Assembly: GCA_963787835.1 (NCBI GenBank)
Contig: CAWBEI010000003.1
Coordinates: 384,001-448,000 of the forward strand
Length of the DNA stretch: 64,000 nucleotides
Direction: 5' to 3'
Source of the DNA: Ignavibacteriota bacterium
GTDB lineage: Bacteria; Bacteroidota; Ignavibacteria; Palsa-1295
Shown here piece by piece: positions 1 to 10,131 of this stretch (position 1 is the stretch's first letter; each line of letters starts with the position of its first letter). A model generated the notes under the pieces. It was not told the origin of the DNA. It saw nothing but the letters and a program-made list of their open reading frames with translations, and made no database searches. A program made the translations under genes and the position numbers.

Positions 1-2
1 AG

Positions 3-101
3 ATATTTGAATCGCTGCGTGGATGGTTTGCTTCCCAGTCTCTAAAAATCATAACCAACAATCAAAACAGCGTCTCAAGGAAAATGGCTGTTCCGGCTTA
101 A
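3..101 (+). CDS. 3' end of an upstream gene (partial, ...RKMAVPA*)
   Basis: Frame open from the window edge to TAA at 99-101; no recognisable motif. Confidence 0.3.
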   Translation: MFESLRGWFASQSLKIITNNQNSVSRKMAVPA

Positions 102-111
102 ATACATTACT

Positions 112-279
112 ATGGATATCGGCTACATCATTCAACTCCTACTTTTCGTGCTGCTTGCATGTGCATTACTTGCGATCCTTGTTGGGGTTGCTGTGGCAAT
201 TCCGCGTTCAAAAAAGATCAAATCCTATCGGTATAGCAAAAAGGGGGATAGCTGGATCACCGGGTACAAAAAGCCATGA
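112..279 (+). CDS. small single-TM membrane protein (55 aa)
   Basis: ATG112-TGA279 reads MDIGYIIQLLLFVLLACALLAILVGVAVAIPRSKKIKSYRYSKKGDSWITGYKKP: hydrophobic helix plus basic tail. Below the ORF-track length cutoff. Confidence 0.55.
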   Translation: MDIGYIIQLLLFVLLACALLAILVGVAVAIPRSKKIKSYRYSKKGDSWITGYKKP

Positions 280-407
280 AGCCCCCACTGGAATGGGGAT
301 TTATGACAGCATCCTCACGAACCTTCTTCGCCTAATCGAAGTTCGTAAATTTAGTTAAACCAAATACGGCGAAAGCCGTCAACATTAGACAAATCGGAGA
401 TTAATCC

Positions 408-596
408 ATGTTTAGAAATGTCGGCCCGTTCGAACTGCTCATCATCGTGTTCATCATCATGATACTGTTCGGCGGCAAAAAGATCCCAGAGCTGATGCAT
501 GGCCTCGGCAAGGGTATCAATGAATTCAAGCGAGCTTCCCAGGGCGACCCCTCGGAAGCGGCAAAAACACCTACCCCCGAACCGCCAAAGGTATAA
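408..596 (+). CDS. tatA: twin-arginine translocase TatA/E subunit
   Basis: N-terminal [21 protein letters not shown] amphipathic helix; GGAG RBS upstream. Confidence 0.92.
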   Translation: MFRNVGPFELLIIVFIIMILFGGKKIPELMHGLGKGINEFKRASQGDPSEAAKTPTPEPPKV

Positions 597-646
597 GGGA
601 ATTTTTAATACGTATGCACCATTGGTGCGCCATTTAATACTTACTC

Positions 647-835
647 TTGTTAGAAGACCTTAGCCCACTGAAGCTGTTAATTATCGTTGCGGTACTCTTG
701 CTCCTGTTTGGCGGCAAGAAGATTCCGGAACTTATGCACGGCCTCGGCAAAGGCCTGAATGAATTCAAACGCGCGACCCAGGGGGGTGGAGAAGACCCCA
801 ATGCAATAAAAACTACCGAAACTCCGAAAGCGTGA
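647..835 (+). CDS. tatA: second TatA/E paralog
   Basis: TTG start; [23 protein letters not shown] is almost identical to the first copy. Confidence 0.88.
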   Translation: MLEDLSPLKLLIIVAVLLLLFGGKKIPELMHGLGKGLNEFKRATQGGGEDPNAIKTTETPKA

Positions 836-843
836 GGAGTTTT

Positions 844-916
844 TAGTGCTAAGTGCTGAGTGCTTAGTGCTAAGAACAATTTTGGTTAACACTCAGCACT
901 TTAGCACTTAGCACTT
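844..916. repeat. inverted arrays of heptamer tandem repeats (AGTGCT[A/G/T] / [T/C]AGCACT)
   Basis: tagtgctaagtgctgagtgcttagtgctaag ... actcagcactttagcacttagcactt forms a long imperfect hairpin between tat genes. Confidence 0.8.
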
Positions 917-919
917 ACA

Positions 920-1273
920 TTGTTTGAAAATGTCGGTGGAGGCGAGATCCTCCTTATTTTACTTGTAATCCTTATTTTCTTCGGTCCGAAGAAAATACCG
1001 GAGCTTGCCCAGAGTTTAGGTAAAGGCATAAGGAAGTTCAACGATGCCAAAGCCGGAATTGAGACGCAAGTCAAGACTGCCATCAAAGAACCACTCGAAG
1101 CCATCACCGGAGCAAAACAAGGATTCGAAACCCAGCTTCGCACGATCGCCGAGCCACTTCATGCCGAACTGAAAATTCCTCCTGCGCTTACCGCCCCGGC
1201 GGTCCAGCCCGCGCAGGCACAAGCGCCAGTCCCGGAAACCCAAGCGCGCGGCATTGAAGAAACAAAAGCGTAA
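920..1273 (+). CDS. tatB: TatA/TatB family subunit (TatB-like, long C-tail)
   Basis: GGGEILLI..FFGPKKIPELA.SLGKGIRKF; the conserved E and GP are TatB-like. Confidence 0.75.
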   Translation: MFENVGGGEILLILLVILIFFGPKKIPELAQSLGKGIRKFNDAKAGIETQVKTAIKEPLEAITGAKQGFETQLRTIAEPLHAELKIPPALTAPAVQPAQAQAPVPETQARGIEETKA

Positions 1274-1275
1274 GC

Positions 1276-2379
1276 TTATCGGGCAATATCAACTTTCGTT
1301 GATTGATTGACAATTCGGAGAAAGTAGGTTCCATTTTCCAGACTTGATACATCCATAGTAGTGGTCGTGCCATCGTCTGAGGCGTTCAGTCGCTCCCGGC
1401 CCATAATATCGAAAAGGTGAATCGTGCCGGGTTGACCGCCGAGAACTTGTAATTCATCCGTCGCTGGATTTGGGAAGGCTTTTATTTGATCATTCGAATT
1501 CACGGACGCGCTCACTGAGGCGGAGGGATATACTCTATATTCGAAGCTCCAAGAAAGGTATTTTCCTTCCTTTGTGTGAAAGATGAGGTAATGATGCCGA
1601 ACGCCAAGAGTATCAACCACTTGCGGCGTAAACTCGTAATTCAATATCATAGTATCTTCTTCTTTTAATGTATCCGGCAATTTCGGAAACGGATCGAACG
1701 CAAATTCGGAAAAATCGCCCGATTCGACGATTGAATCAATAATTCCGCCGCTGCAAGACCGGAGGATCACCGGGTTATCACCCTCCAGCTCCCCACCATT
1801 CTCAACAGGCAGCGAGGTTACATTATATGGCTCACCCGCATTCATCACATCATGCATCGTGTTCGTTTCTTCCTCTTGATTGAAACCTCCGATCTTATTA
1901 CCACCTCCGACGTCGATCAATGTGGATTGAACTCCATACATTGAAATATCAGGGCTGTTCCGAGCGTGAAAAATGAGATCAGCAGTCGCAGAAAAATGAC
2001 CGCCGTAATAACCGGTCAATATCAGCGTGTCATCACCCACGCGAGTCGCAGCCCAATTAGGACCCTCCGCAAAAAAACCACCATTGGATATTGTGAAAGG
2101 GTTTGACGTTCCAAGGTATTGGAAATTTACAGTATCGGAGACTGGCTTAACACTCATTGTAATGGAATCGACGGTGATGGGCACGCTTGGTATCAGGTTT
2201 ACGCCAGCAATACTGACGGATGCAGTGTCTTGATTGACACCATTGCAGATGTATCCGATATCGAGTGTGTCGTTATACGAGGCAATGAAGAGCTGTCCGG
2301 CTTGTTGCGCTTGACTTACTCCGCTCACAATCAACAGAACCACAGAAACGCTGAGTCTTTTCAAAGGTGTTTTATACAT
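1276..2379 (-). CDS. secreted T9SS type A sorting-domain protein
   Basis: Signal peptide from MYKTPLKR (ATG 2379); C-terminal AFPNPATDEL...DVSSLENGTYFLRI. Confidence 0.82.
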   Translation of the reverse strand: MYKTPLKRLSVSVVLLIVSGVSQAQQAGQLFIASYNDTLDIGYICNGVNQDTASVSIAGVNLIPSVPITVDSITMSVKPVSDTVNFQYLGTSNPFTISNGGFFAEGPNWAATRVGDDTLILTGYYGGHFSATADLIFHARNSPDISMYGVQSTLIDVGGGNKIGGFNQEEETNTMHDVMNAGEPYNVTSLPVENGGELEGDNPVILRSCSGGIIDSIVESGDFSEFAFDPFPKLPDTLKEEDTMILNYEFTPQVVDTLGVRHHYLIFHTKEGKYLSWSFEYRVYPSASVSASVNSNDQIKAFPNPATDELQVLGGQPGTIHLFDIMGRERLNASDDGTTTTMDVSSLENGTYFLRIVNQSTKVDIAR

Positions 2380-2513
2380 CGCTAATCTTTGAACATTAAT
2401 AAGGGTTTTATAATATACCAAGAACACATCATTAGTCTTCACGTTGCGAGAAATTGGAAGTTGTCCCTGGTAATTCCGGAAATGCTTCATTCCCCCTTTT
2501 CGTTGGTCATATT

Positions 2514-2975
2514 ATGGAACATCCCGAACACGCGAACCAAGCTTTTACTAAGGACGTACTTGAACGTATCTCGCATGTCATTGCAGACGTCGAGGAAACA
2601 ACGGGCGCAGATATTCGCGTTTCGATTAGGGATCTTCGGGACGCCGGCGAAGCCGATCTCTCGCTGCGGGAATTAGCCCAAAAGGAATTTGCGACGTTGA
2701 ACCTGCACCATCACGGAAAGCGGTTCGGTATTCTCCTGCTCGTTCTCTATCACGAGCGGAAATATTATGTCTATGGTGATGAAGGCGTTCATAGCAAAGT
2801 GCATCCCGAAGCATGGAACGATGTTGCTGCGATACTCGGCAAACATTTTGCTGCCGGTGATTATGAAGGCGGCTTACGCGAAGCACTCATGAAAATAGAG
2901 CATCACCTCAAAGGCAAGCTATCGAAAAGTCCCGCTCCTGTTGACCACGCGCACGATGAAGTGGTAATGAGTTGA
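2514..2975 (+). CDS. TPM (DUF477) domain protein
   Basis: IADVEETTGADIRV, GILLLVL..ERKYYVYGDEGVH, HFAAGDYEGGL. Confidence 0.8.
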   Translation: MEHPEHANQAFTKDVLERISHVIADVEETTGADIRVSIRDLRDAGEADLSLRELAQKEFATLNLHHHGKRFGILLLVLYHERKYYVYGDEGVHSKVHPEAWNDVAAILGKHFAAGDYEGGLREALMKIEHHLKGKLSKSPAPVDHAHDEVVMS

Positions 2976-2981
2976 TCTAAC

Positions 2982-3566
2982 TTAGTCCAAATACAGCCGG
3001 TGTTCCATAATATACTTCCGCACCCCATCCGGCACTAAGTACCGAATCGACTTCCCTGCTCTAACGCGTTCCCGAATATCCGTCGAAGAAATATCGAGCA
3101 ACGGAATAGAGAGGATCTTCACTCGATTCATTAGAATAGGATCTATTTCGTCGAACGAATGCGATGGGCGCGCCATTACGACAACGTCAGCAATCTCAAA
3201 TATCTCTTCGCTCTTGTACCATGTGTCGAAAATGGCAAGTTGATCGAGACCGATAAAGAGAAATGTTTTCCCAGGTGAGAACTGCTGCTTTATCTCCCGT
3301 AATGTATCAATGGTGTAGGATGTCCCCGGGCGTTCTAACTCGATACGCGAGGACTCGAATCTGTCATTGCCCTGAATAGCAATTTGTGTCATCGTTAAAC
3401 GGTGGGCGGCAGAGCTTATCTTCTCTCCTGTTTTATGCGGCGGGATATTTGCCGGAACAAGAAGCAGACTATCGAGTTGGAATGCCTCCACCGCTCGCTC
3501 GCCAGCGATAAGATGGGCGAGATGAGGGGGATCGAACGTGCCGCCAAGAATTCCGAGCCGGTCCAT
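2982..3566 (-). CDS. nadD: nicotinate-nucleotide adenylyltransferase
   Basis: GGTFDPPHLAH, PPHK, SYTIDTL, ISSTDIR motifs. Confidence 0.95.
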   Translation of the reverse strand: MDRLGILGGTFDPPHLAHLIAGERAVEAFQLDSLLLVPANIPPHKTGEKISSAAHRLTMTQIAIQGNDRFESSRIELERPGTSYTIDTLREIKQQFSPGKTFLFIGLDQLAIFDTWYKSEEIFEIADVVVMARPSHSFDEIDPILMNRVKILSIPLLDISSTDIRERVRAGKSIRYLVPDGVRKYIMEHRLYLD

Positions 3567-3574
3567 ACTGTGCT

Positions 3575-6014
3575 CTATGTCTTTGGCTTTATAAACCTAA
3601 ACTCCGTTCGGCGATTACGCTGACGGCCTTCATCAGTGGCGTTCGAAGCTTTAGGCATGGTGGCTCCAAAGCCTTTCGACATCAATTGCTTCGATTTAAC
3701 CCCATGGGCAACCAAGTACGACTGTACTGCTTTTGCTCTTGCAAGCGAGAGCCTCAGATTATAGGATGCAGTTCCCACCGAATCCGTATGCCCATCGATC
3801 TCGATCTTAAGTGTTGGATATTTCTTCAGCAGATCAACCCAATAGTTCAGCTCGCTGAAGGATTCTGTCCGTAACGTCGCCTTATCGAAATCAAAGAATA
3901 CATTGTGCAGCTCGATGCCGGAAGTATCGAGTGCTAGCACATTCCCGTTTTGGTTACCATTTCCATTCTGATTGCCCTTCCCATTCTGATTTCCATTCCC
4001 CTTCTGGTTACCATTCCCATTCTGATTACCATTTCCGTTCTGGTTGCCCTTCCCATTATGGTTACCGTTTCCGTTCTGATTACCGTTTCCGTTCTGATTA
4101 CCATTCCCGCTCTGGTTACCATTCCCGTTCTGGTTACCATTCCCGTTCTGGTTACCATTCCCGTTCTGGTTACCATTCCCGCTCTGGTTACCATTCCCGT
4201 TCTGGTTACCATTCCCGCTCTGGTTACCATTCCCGCTCTGGTTACCATTCCCGTTCTGGTTACCATTCCCGTTCTGGTTACCATTCCCGTTCTGGTTACC
4301 ATTCCCGTTCTGATTACCTTTAGGATTATTGCTTGCAAAATTCCTTATACTATCCTGAGCTTCTTTGGCACTATCGAGCTTATGGATGTCTGCATAGTTC
4401 GGCAGCCGAGTGAGCGGAAGATCGTGCGTCACCTCCTTGTAGGAAATCGTATCGGGAACGGTATAATGGTCGGAGTATGGGGCATATCCAGGGGCGGTCG
4501 CTGTAACGCCATACTCTTTACCGGTTCCAAGAGTAATATAGAACTTTCCTGTAACCTTGTTCGAGTGATACACCGCAACTAGTTGATTGGTCTTGAGATC
4601 GTTCACATCGACTTCCGCAGGAATGGGCTGAAGCGTTTCGCGATCAAAGACCATCCCGGCGACCAGCGTGACCGGCCCCGGGCGAAACTCGAGCGGAAGC
4701 TTTGCTTCGTAAAGATTGAGCGGCCCGCGAGCATTATCGCGCTGGCTGGAATAGATGATCTTATCTCCGCTTGCCGGAATCGTCAGGAACTCATCGTCCC
4801 CATAAGAATTAATGGGCCTTCCGAGATTAACAGGCACGCTCCAGGTTCCATCATCGAGTTTGCGGGACATGAACAGATCATGATTACCAAACCCTGGATG
4901 ACCGTTGGAAGAAAAATATAGCGTCTTGCCGTCAGCGGCAATAAATGGGGAGCGTTCGTTAAAACGGGTGTTAACCGGCTCGCCTAAATTGATTGGCTTC
5001 GTCCATGAACCGTCTGTGTTCTTATACGAAACGTAAATATCTTCCGATCCCTCAATGGAACCAAATCGTCTGCTGGAAAAATACATGGTTTGGCCATCGG
5101 CTGTCACACTTGGCTGTGCATCCCACGCTGGGGAATTAAGAGGATGGCCCAGCGGCTGAGGTTTCGTCCATGCGTCGCCGATAAGATGGGAAATATAAAC
5201 ATCGCAGTCCCCCATCCCGTCGGGGCGGCGGCATAAACTTAGGTACATGGTCTGACCATCGGCAGCCACGAACGCGGAACCATCATCATCCACGGAATTA
5301 AGCGGCGGTGGAAGCGGCCAGGGTGGCATCCAATTCCCCGCCGTATCGCGGCGAGTCATGAAAAGATCTTCGCCATAATCCTGCGTTTCGATCACTTCCT
5401 TTACATTGGTTCCGGGCCGTGTCGAGGTAAAGTAAAGTGTATTGCCATCGGCGGTTTCGGTCGGTCCAAAATCATCGTACTTACTATTGAGCACCGTAAG
5501 TGCAATGGGATCCTCGGTATTCTTTGGCTTGGCGAATTCTACGATGCAGCCGAGGTTAAACTTGATCCACCAGTCTGCATCGAACATAGCGATGCTATCT
5601 GTCTTGTTCACGGGATCCATCCTTCCTATGAATTGCCGTAAGGCAAACACAGCACTGTCGAACTTTTGAACGACGTGGAACGAGAGACCAAGATTGTAAT
5701 ACGCATACACATCAAACGTAGAATCCAGATGGATCGCGCGCTCATAGGCTTCGATCGCTTTGGGGTAATTTTTCAGTAATTGATACATCCCTCCGATGCG
5801 CTCGACAGGATAGGGATACGTTGGGTCTAACTTTGCTGCGGTGTCATATTCGAAGAGTGCAAACTTATACTCTTTTTTTTTGCTCGAAATCGAACCCCGC
5901 GCGGGAGTACGCAAGCGAGGCATCATGATCCACTTTTCCATGCTGGGCGAGAAGTGGGGTCGTGGAAAGAAATAAAGCAAATGCGCCTAAATAGCGCACG
6001 TAAAATCGCATCAT
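3575..6014 (-). CDS. PorE-like TPR-PD40-carboxypeptidase-regulatory-OmpA protein, frameshifted in an A9 run near the 5' end
   Basis: TPR, PD40 repeats (DGNTLYFTS, DGKTLYFSS) and OmpA (DGHTD, NRRTEF). The signal peptide MMRFYVRYLGAFALFLSTTPLLA starts at 6014 in another frame and joins across the T9 run at 5873-5881. Confidence 0.82.
3938..4315 (-). repeat. 21 tandem copies of an 18-bp unit encoding (NQNGNG)n
   Basis: Direct reading: unit ttaccattcccgttctgg and variants. Confidence 0.95.
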
Positions 6015-6141
6015 TGATTGGATAACCACCGGGTACAGCCTATCGCTCCTTCAAAACTTCGGCTGCGGATCGGCGAGAGTTTAGCCTACGTTGGTGATTT
6101 CCTTATGTTCCACAAGGTACTCAAAGAGGAAGATCGTGCAC

Positions 6142-7449
6142 TTACCACATTGGCATCCCGACAGCTTTGTTCAAATTGTACTGGCTGAGTTCCAAAGAGA
6201 ACATCAACTGTGCTTGCTCTAAACGGGCCTGTTCGAGCGCACTTTGAGCCGTGAGTACATCCAAACTGGTTGCAGCACCATTTTTGTAACGAACCTGTGC
6301 AACGTCGTACGCCTGCTGCGCCTGTTGGATCTGTATATCCGTAAGCTTCAATCGGGATCGGCTGGATTGCAGATCGGCAAGTGCCTGCTCTACGTCATTC
6401 TCAATACCGAGCTTTACATCCTCTGTATGAGCTTGTGCCTCGCGATATTGCGCCTCGGCCTCGTCAACTTGGGCATGATTGAGCCCACCGTCCAGGATCG
6501 GCACATGGAAATCCACGCCTCCGGTCCAATTGAACTTTCCCTGCGTGAGGTTCGGCAGATAACCATCCTTGAAACCTCCGGTGATATTTGCAGAGAGCAG
6601 CGGATCGTTGCCCTCCTTCGAAGCATTGATCTGCAATTTTGCGGAATTTTCTGCATCCATGGCTGCCATGATTTCCGGCCTCTGTTGCACGGCGATCGAA
6701 TCGAGAGTATTCACATCTTCCGGCAGTGTGGAAGACTGACTGGGGCGCGTTACATTCACCGGGGTTCCGGGAGCCATACCGATCAATCTGCGTAAACCTG
6801 CAACTTGCTTGCGCCGGCTCGCCTGAAGATCGGCGATCTGACTTTGGGTCTGGGAAATGCGCGCCTGAATGTTGAGGGTATCCAGAGATGTTGCCGTACC
6901 TTCTTTTTCACGTTGATCGGCATCGGTAAGATTCCCTTGAAGTACCTTCACTTGATCTTCTTCGACACGAATGCCTTCATCCGTCGTCAGTATTGCATAA
7001 TACACTTGAGTTGTGCTATAGGCAGCCATCGCCTTGTAGGACTCAAGATTATCCGTAGCAGTAGTGATCCCGCTCTTCGCGACGCGGTCCTCGGCATCTA
7101 ATCGGCCGAATGTCCATAGTGGCTGCTGCAATGTAAACTGTCCATTATAGGCGTTGTGCGGTTCGGTCACAAAGACTTGATTGCCAAATGGGATCGAGAT
7201 GACGGGATCAATGCGAGTATAGCTCGCATCGCCGAATAACTGGGGTTGGGCATAACTGGCAATCTCATTATATTGTGCTTTCGCCTGATCGATGGCAGCT
7301 TCGCCCGCTTGAAGCGAGGGTGAGTGCTTGAGGGCCATCTGCACCGCCTGAGAGAGCGTAAGAGTGTCGCCATTTTGAGCCCTTATTGCAGATGCGAATC
7401 CCAATGTGAGCGCGAGAATAATTCCGAAGTTTTTCATTTTATGCTTCAT
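6142..7449 (-). CDS. TolC-family outer membrane efflux protein
   Basis: Signal peptide, two OEP repeats, RYKNGAATSLDVLTAQ; last gene of the efflux operon. Confidence 0.9.
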   Translation of the reverse strand: MKHKMKNFGIILALTLGFASAIRAQNGDTLTLSQAVQMALKHSPSLQAGEAAIDQAKAQYNEIASYAQPQLFGDASYTRIDPVISIPFGNQVFVTEPHNAYNGQFTLQQPLWTFGRLDAEDRVAKSGITTATDNLESYKAMAAYSTTQVYYAILTTDEGIRVEEDQVKVLQGNLTDADQREKEGTATSLDTLNIQARISQTQSQIADLQASRRKQVAGLRRLIGMAPGTPVNVTRPSQSSTLPEDVNTLDSIAVQQRPEIMAAMDAENSAKLQINASKEGNDPLLSANITGGFKDGYLPNLTQGKFNWTGGVDFHVPILDGGLNHAQVDEAEAQYREAQAHTEDVKLGIENDVEQALADLQSSRSRLKLTDIQIQQAQQAYDVAQVRYKNGAATSLDVLTAQSALEQARLEQAQLMFSLELSQYNLNKAVGMPMW

Positions 7450-7472
7450 AGTTCCTACTTCTTAATTGCCCG

Positions 7473-9026
7473 TCAGTGAGCAGACGCCATCTCTGCCGTC
7501 GGGACGGATTTGCCTTTCCGGATCGTCAAAATAAGCGGCAGGCATGCCACAAAAAAGATCGTTACAAAAACAAATACGTCAAGATAACTTTTGACCATCA
7601 CCTGCCGGGTCACCATGCCATCGAGTGCTGCTACGGCTTGTTGTTTCGCAACCGCCAGAGACGAGCCTTTTGAAACGAACGTCTGTACCAGCCCATTCAA
7701 ACGTGTTTGTGTTGCGGTACTGTACTGTGAAACGTGCGAGATCAAGCCGATGCGATTGTTCTGAAGGCGATTTGCAAGATACGTGTTAACGATTGCAATA
7801 CCGAATGAACCTCCCAACTGCCGCATCATATTATTCAGTGCAACGCCTTGTGGAATATCACGAGGGTGTAACCCGGAAACCGCAAGCGTCGTGATCGGGA
7901 TAAAACACAGCGGAAGACCGATACCGCGAATGACAAGCGGCCCGAAAAAGGTCCACCATCCAGCATCGAGGCTGATATGCGAAAGCATAAAGGTATAGAC
8001 CGCAGTAAGCGCAAAACCGGTGAAGATCATGATCTGCGGTGGCATTCCTCGTTCTTGTATTTTACCCACAAAGGGCAGAACGAACAGCGTCACGATCGCG
8101 CCGGGCAAGAGCAACAATCCCGTTTGCATCGCGGTATATCCCAACAGCCGTTGCGCAAAAACAGGGATAATAAAAACCGAAGAGAATAAACCAAAGCCAA
8201 TAATAAACGTGAGGAACGCGCAGAATGCAAGTGTCCGGCTCTTAAGCACATGCAGTTCCACGACAGGATGCTCCGTTGTCAGCTCGCGCCAGATAAAGAG
8301 CGAAAGTGAAATAATAGAAGTTATCGTGAGCATCACGATCGTTCGGGAATCGAACCAATCCTCGGTTTCGCCGCGCTCGAGCACGTATTGCAGAGAAGCA
8401 ATACCAACGATAAGCAATAGAATACCCTCCCAATCGATCCGGCCTACCTTACGCTCATGCTTCGGTTCCTTTACATACGTCCAGGAAAGAATGGCTGCGG
8501 TAATGCCGATCGGAATGTTCACGAAGAAGATCCACGGCCAGGTAAAATTATCGACGATCCATCCGCCGAGCGTGGGGCCGATCGTCGGCCCGATAACTAC
8601 ACCCAACCCAAAAAGGGCCGCCGCCATCGGACGTTCTTTGACCGTGAACGTATCGAATAGTATGGATTGTGATGTAGAAAGCAGCGCTCCTCCGCCAATA
8701 CCCTGCATGAACCTAAAAAAGACGAGTTCTACAAGCGTATGCGAGTTCCCGCAGAAAAATGAGGCCGCTGTGAACAGCAAAATAGAAAAGACATAATAAT
8801 TCCTGCGGCCGAACAGTCCGCCAAGAAAACTCGTCATCGGAATGATAATAACGTTCGCGATCGCATAGGCCGTAATGACCCACGCCACGTCCTCGATGGT
8901 CGCCCCGAGGGATGCGCTCATATCCGAGATCGCGACGTTCACGATCGAGGTATCGATCAACTCGATCACCGCCGCAGTAATGACGGTGATGACGATGATC
9001 CACTTACGAAAACCCTGTTCTGCCAT
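7473..9026 (-). CDS. emrB: DHA2/EmrB MFS efflux permease
   Basis: IDTSIVNVA, FRFMQGIGGG, GPTLGGWI, WPWIFFVNIP; 14-TM pattern. Confidence 0.9.
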   Translation of the reverse strand: MAEQGFRKWIIVITVITAAVIELIDTSIVNVAISDMSASLGATIEDVAWVITAYAIANVIIIPMTSFLGGLFGRRNYYVFSILLFTAASFFCGNSHTLVELVFFRFMQGIGGGALLSTSQSILFDTFTVKERPMAAALFGLGVVIGPTIGPTLGGWIVDNFTWPWIFFVNIPIGITAAILSWTYVKEPKHERKVGRIDWEGILLLIVGIASLQYVLERGETEDWFDSRTIVMLTITSIISLSLFIWRELTTEHPVVELHVLKSRTLAFCAFLTFIIGFGLFSSVFIIPVFAQRLLGYTAMQTGLLLLPGAIVTLFVLPFVGKIQERGMPPQIMIFTGFALTAVYTFMLSHISLDAGWWTFFGPLVIRGIGLPLCFIPITTLAVSGLHPRDIPQGVALNNMMRQLGGSFGIAIVNTYLANRLQNNRIGLISHVSQYSTATQTRLNGLVQTFVSKGSSLAVAKQQAVAALDGMVTRQVMVKSYLDVFVFVTIFFVACLPLILTIRKGKSVPTAEMASAH

Positions 9027-9058
9027 TTTCTTTGAAGCTAATGCTTAATTGGAATGGC

Positions 9059-10084
9059 TTACCACTTGCCGGTTGTCACGGTCACATCCACGCTCATGCC
9101 GGGCCGAAGCGGAGCTTTCGAGTAATCACCACGATCCACCAGGATCTTCACAGGTACGCGCTGCGTAACTTTTACAAAATTCCCGGTGGAATTGTCCGGC
9201 GGTAACAGCGAGAATTTCGCTCCCGTAGCAGGCGAAACAGAAAGGACCGTTCCGTGAAACGTCGAGTCAGGATACCCATCGACCACAAACTCGGCGTGCT
9301 GGCCAGGCTGAAGATCGTGCAATTGGGTTTCCTTGAAATTAGCGGTGATCCAAATATCGCCCTGCGTCACGGCCATAAGCGGTTGACCGGGCTGAATGAA
9401 CTCACCAACCTCTACATTCTTTTTTGCTACAATTCCCGCGACCGGTGAGGTGATCGTCGTATAAGAAAGTTGGAGCCTTGCATTATCGATATCTACTTGT
9501 TTCTGCCCGATCTGCGACTGCGCAACTGCAACTTGTGCATCGGCGGCAGAGGCGGCGTCGATCGCACTTTTTAGTTGCGCGGCAGCAACGTCGTCTGCAG
9601 CTTGATACCCATCGAGCTTCTCCTTTGTGATGGCGCTGCCGGCAAAAAGTCCTTTTGCGCGCGCAAGATCATCCGCTGCTTTTTTGCGGCTCACTTCCGC
9701 GGTGATCACACTCGAATGCGCTACGGATGCTCCGGCCTCGGCGCTCCGAGCTGCTGCCTGTACGTTGACAAGCGCGGCTTGTGCAGACCGGACTTTCAAC
9801 GAAAGATCATTCGTATCGAGCCTTACTAGTAACATGTTGGAATCGACATGATCGTTATCGTTCACGTTGACCGAAGCGACATATCCACCAACGCGCGGGA
9901 TGATCGGCGTAATATCTACATCGATCTGCGCATCATCCGTGTTCTCATGCGTTTTATTGTATTGGATGATGTGCCAGCCGTAGTATCCGGCTGCAATTAG
10001 AATGATCCCAAAAATAAACGGTAATGCTTTTCGAAACCCGCTTTTAGGGGCTTTGCCTTGCTCTTCCGTGGTTGTTTCTGCCAT
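9059..10084 (-). CDS. emrA: HlyD/EmrA periplasmic adaptor
   Basis: TDDAQI, ANFKETQL, FSLLPPDNSTGNFVKVTQRVPVKI. Confidence 0.92.
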   Translation of the reverse strand: MAETTTEEQGKAPKSGFRKALPFIFGIILIAAGYYGWHIIQYNKTHENTDDAQIDVDITPIIPRVGGYVASVNVNDNDHVDSNMLLVRLDTNDLSLKVRSAQAALVNVQAAARSAEAGASVAHSSVITAEVSRKKAADDLARAKGLFAGSAITKEKLDGYQAADDVAAAQLKSAIDAASAADAQVAVAQSQIGQKQVDIDNARLQLSYTTITSPVAGIVAKKNVEVGEFIQPGQPLMAVTQGDIWITANFKETQLHDLQPGQHAEFVVDGYPDSTFHGTVLSVSPATGAKFSLLPPDNSTGNFVKVTQRVPVKILVDRGDYSKAPLRPGMSVDVTVTTGKW

Positions 10085-10131
10085 ACTATTGTTGAAAAAG
10101 GTGACTGACGTTAATTAGACGACTGAAAATG

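Noticed and set aside
23-358. 111-aa ORF from the track
   Set aside because: No motif; overlaps two more plausible frames (3-101 and 112-279).
3938-4315. CRISPR array
   Set aside because: Contiguous 18-bp tandem units with no unique spacers, in frame within ompA; no cas genes in the window.
3931-4582. Alternative-frame repeat ORFs (SGYHSR, VTIPVL, GMVTRT)
   Set aside because: Stop-free shadows of the NQNGNG repeat.
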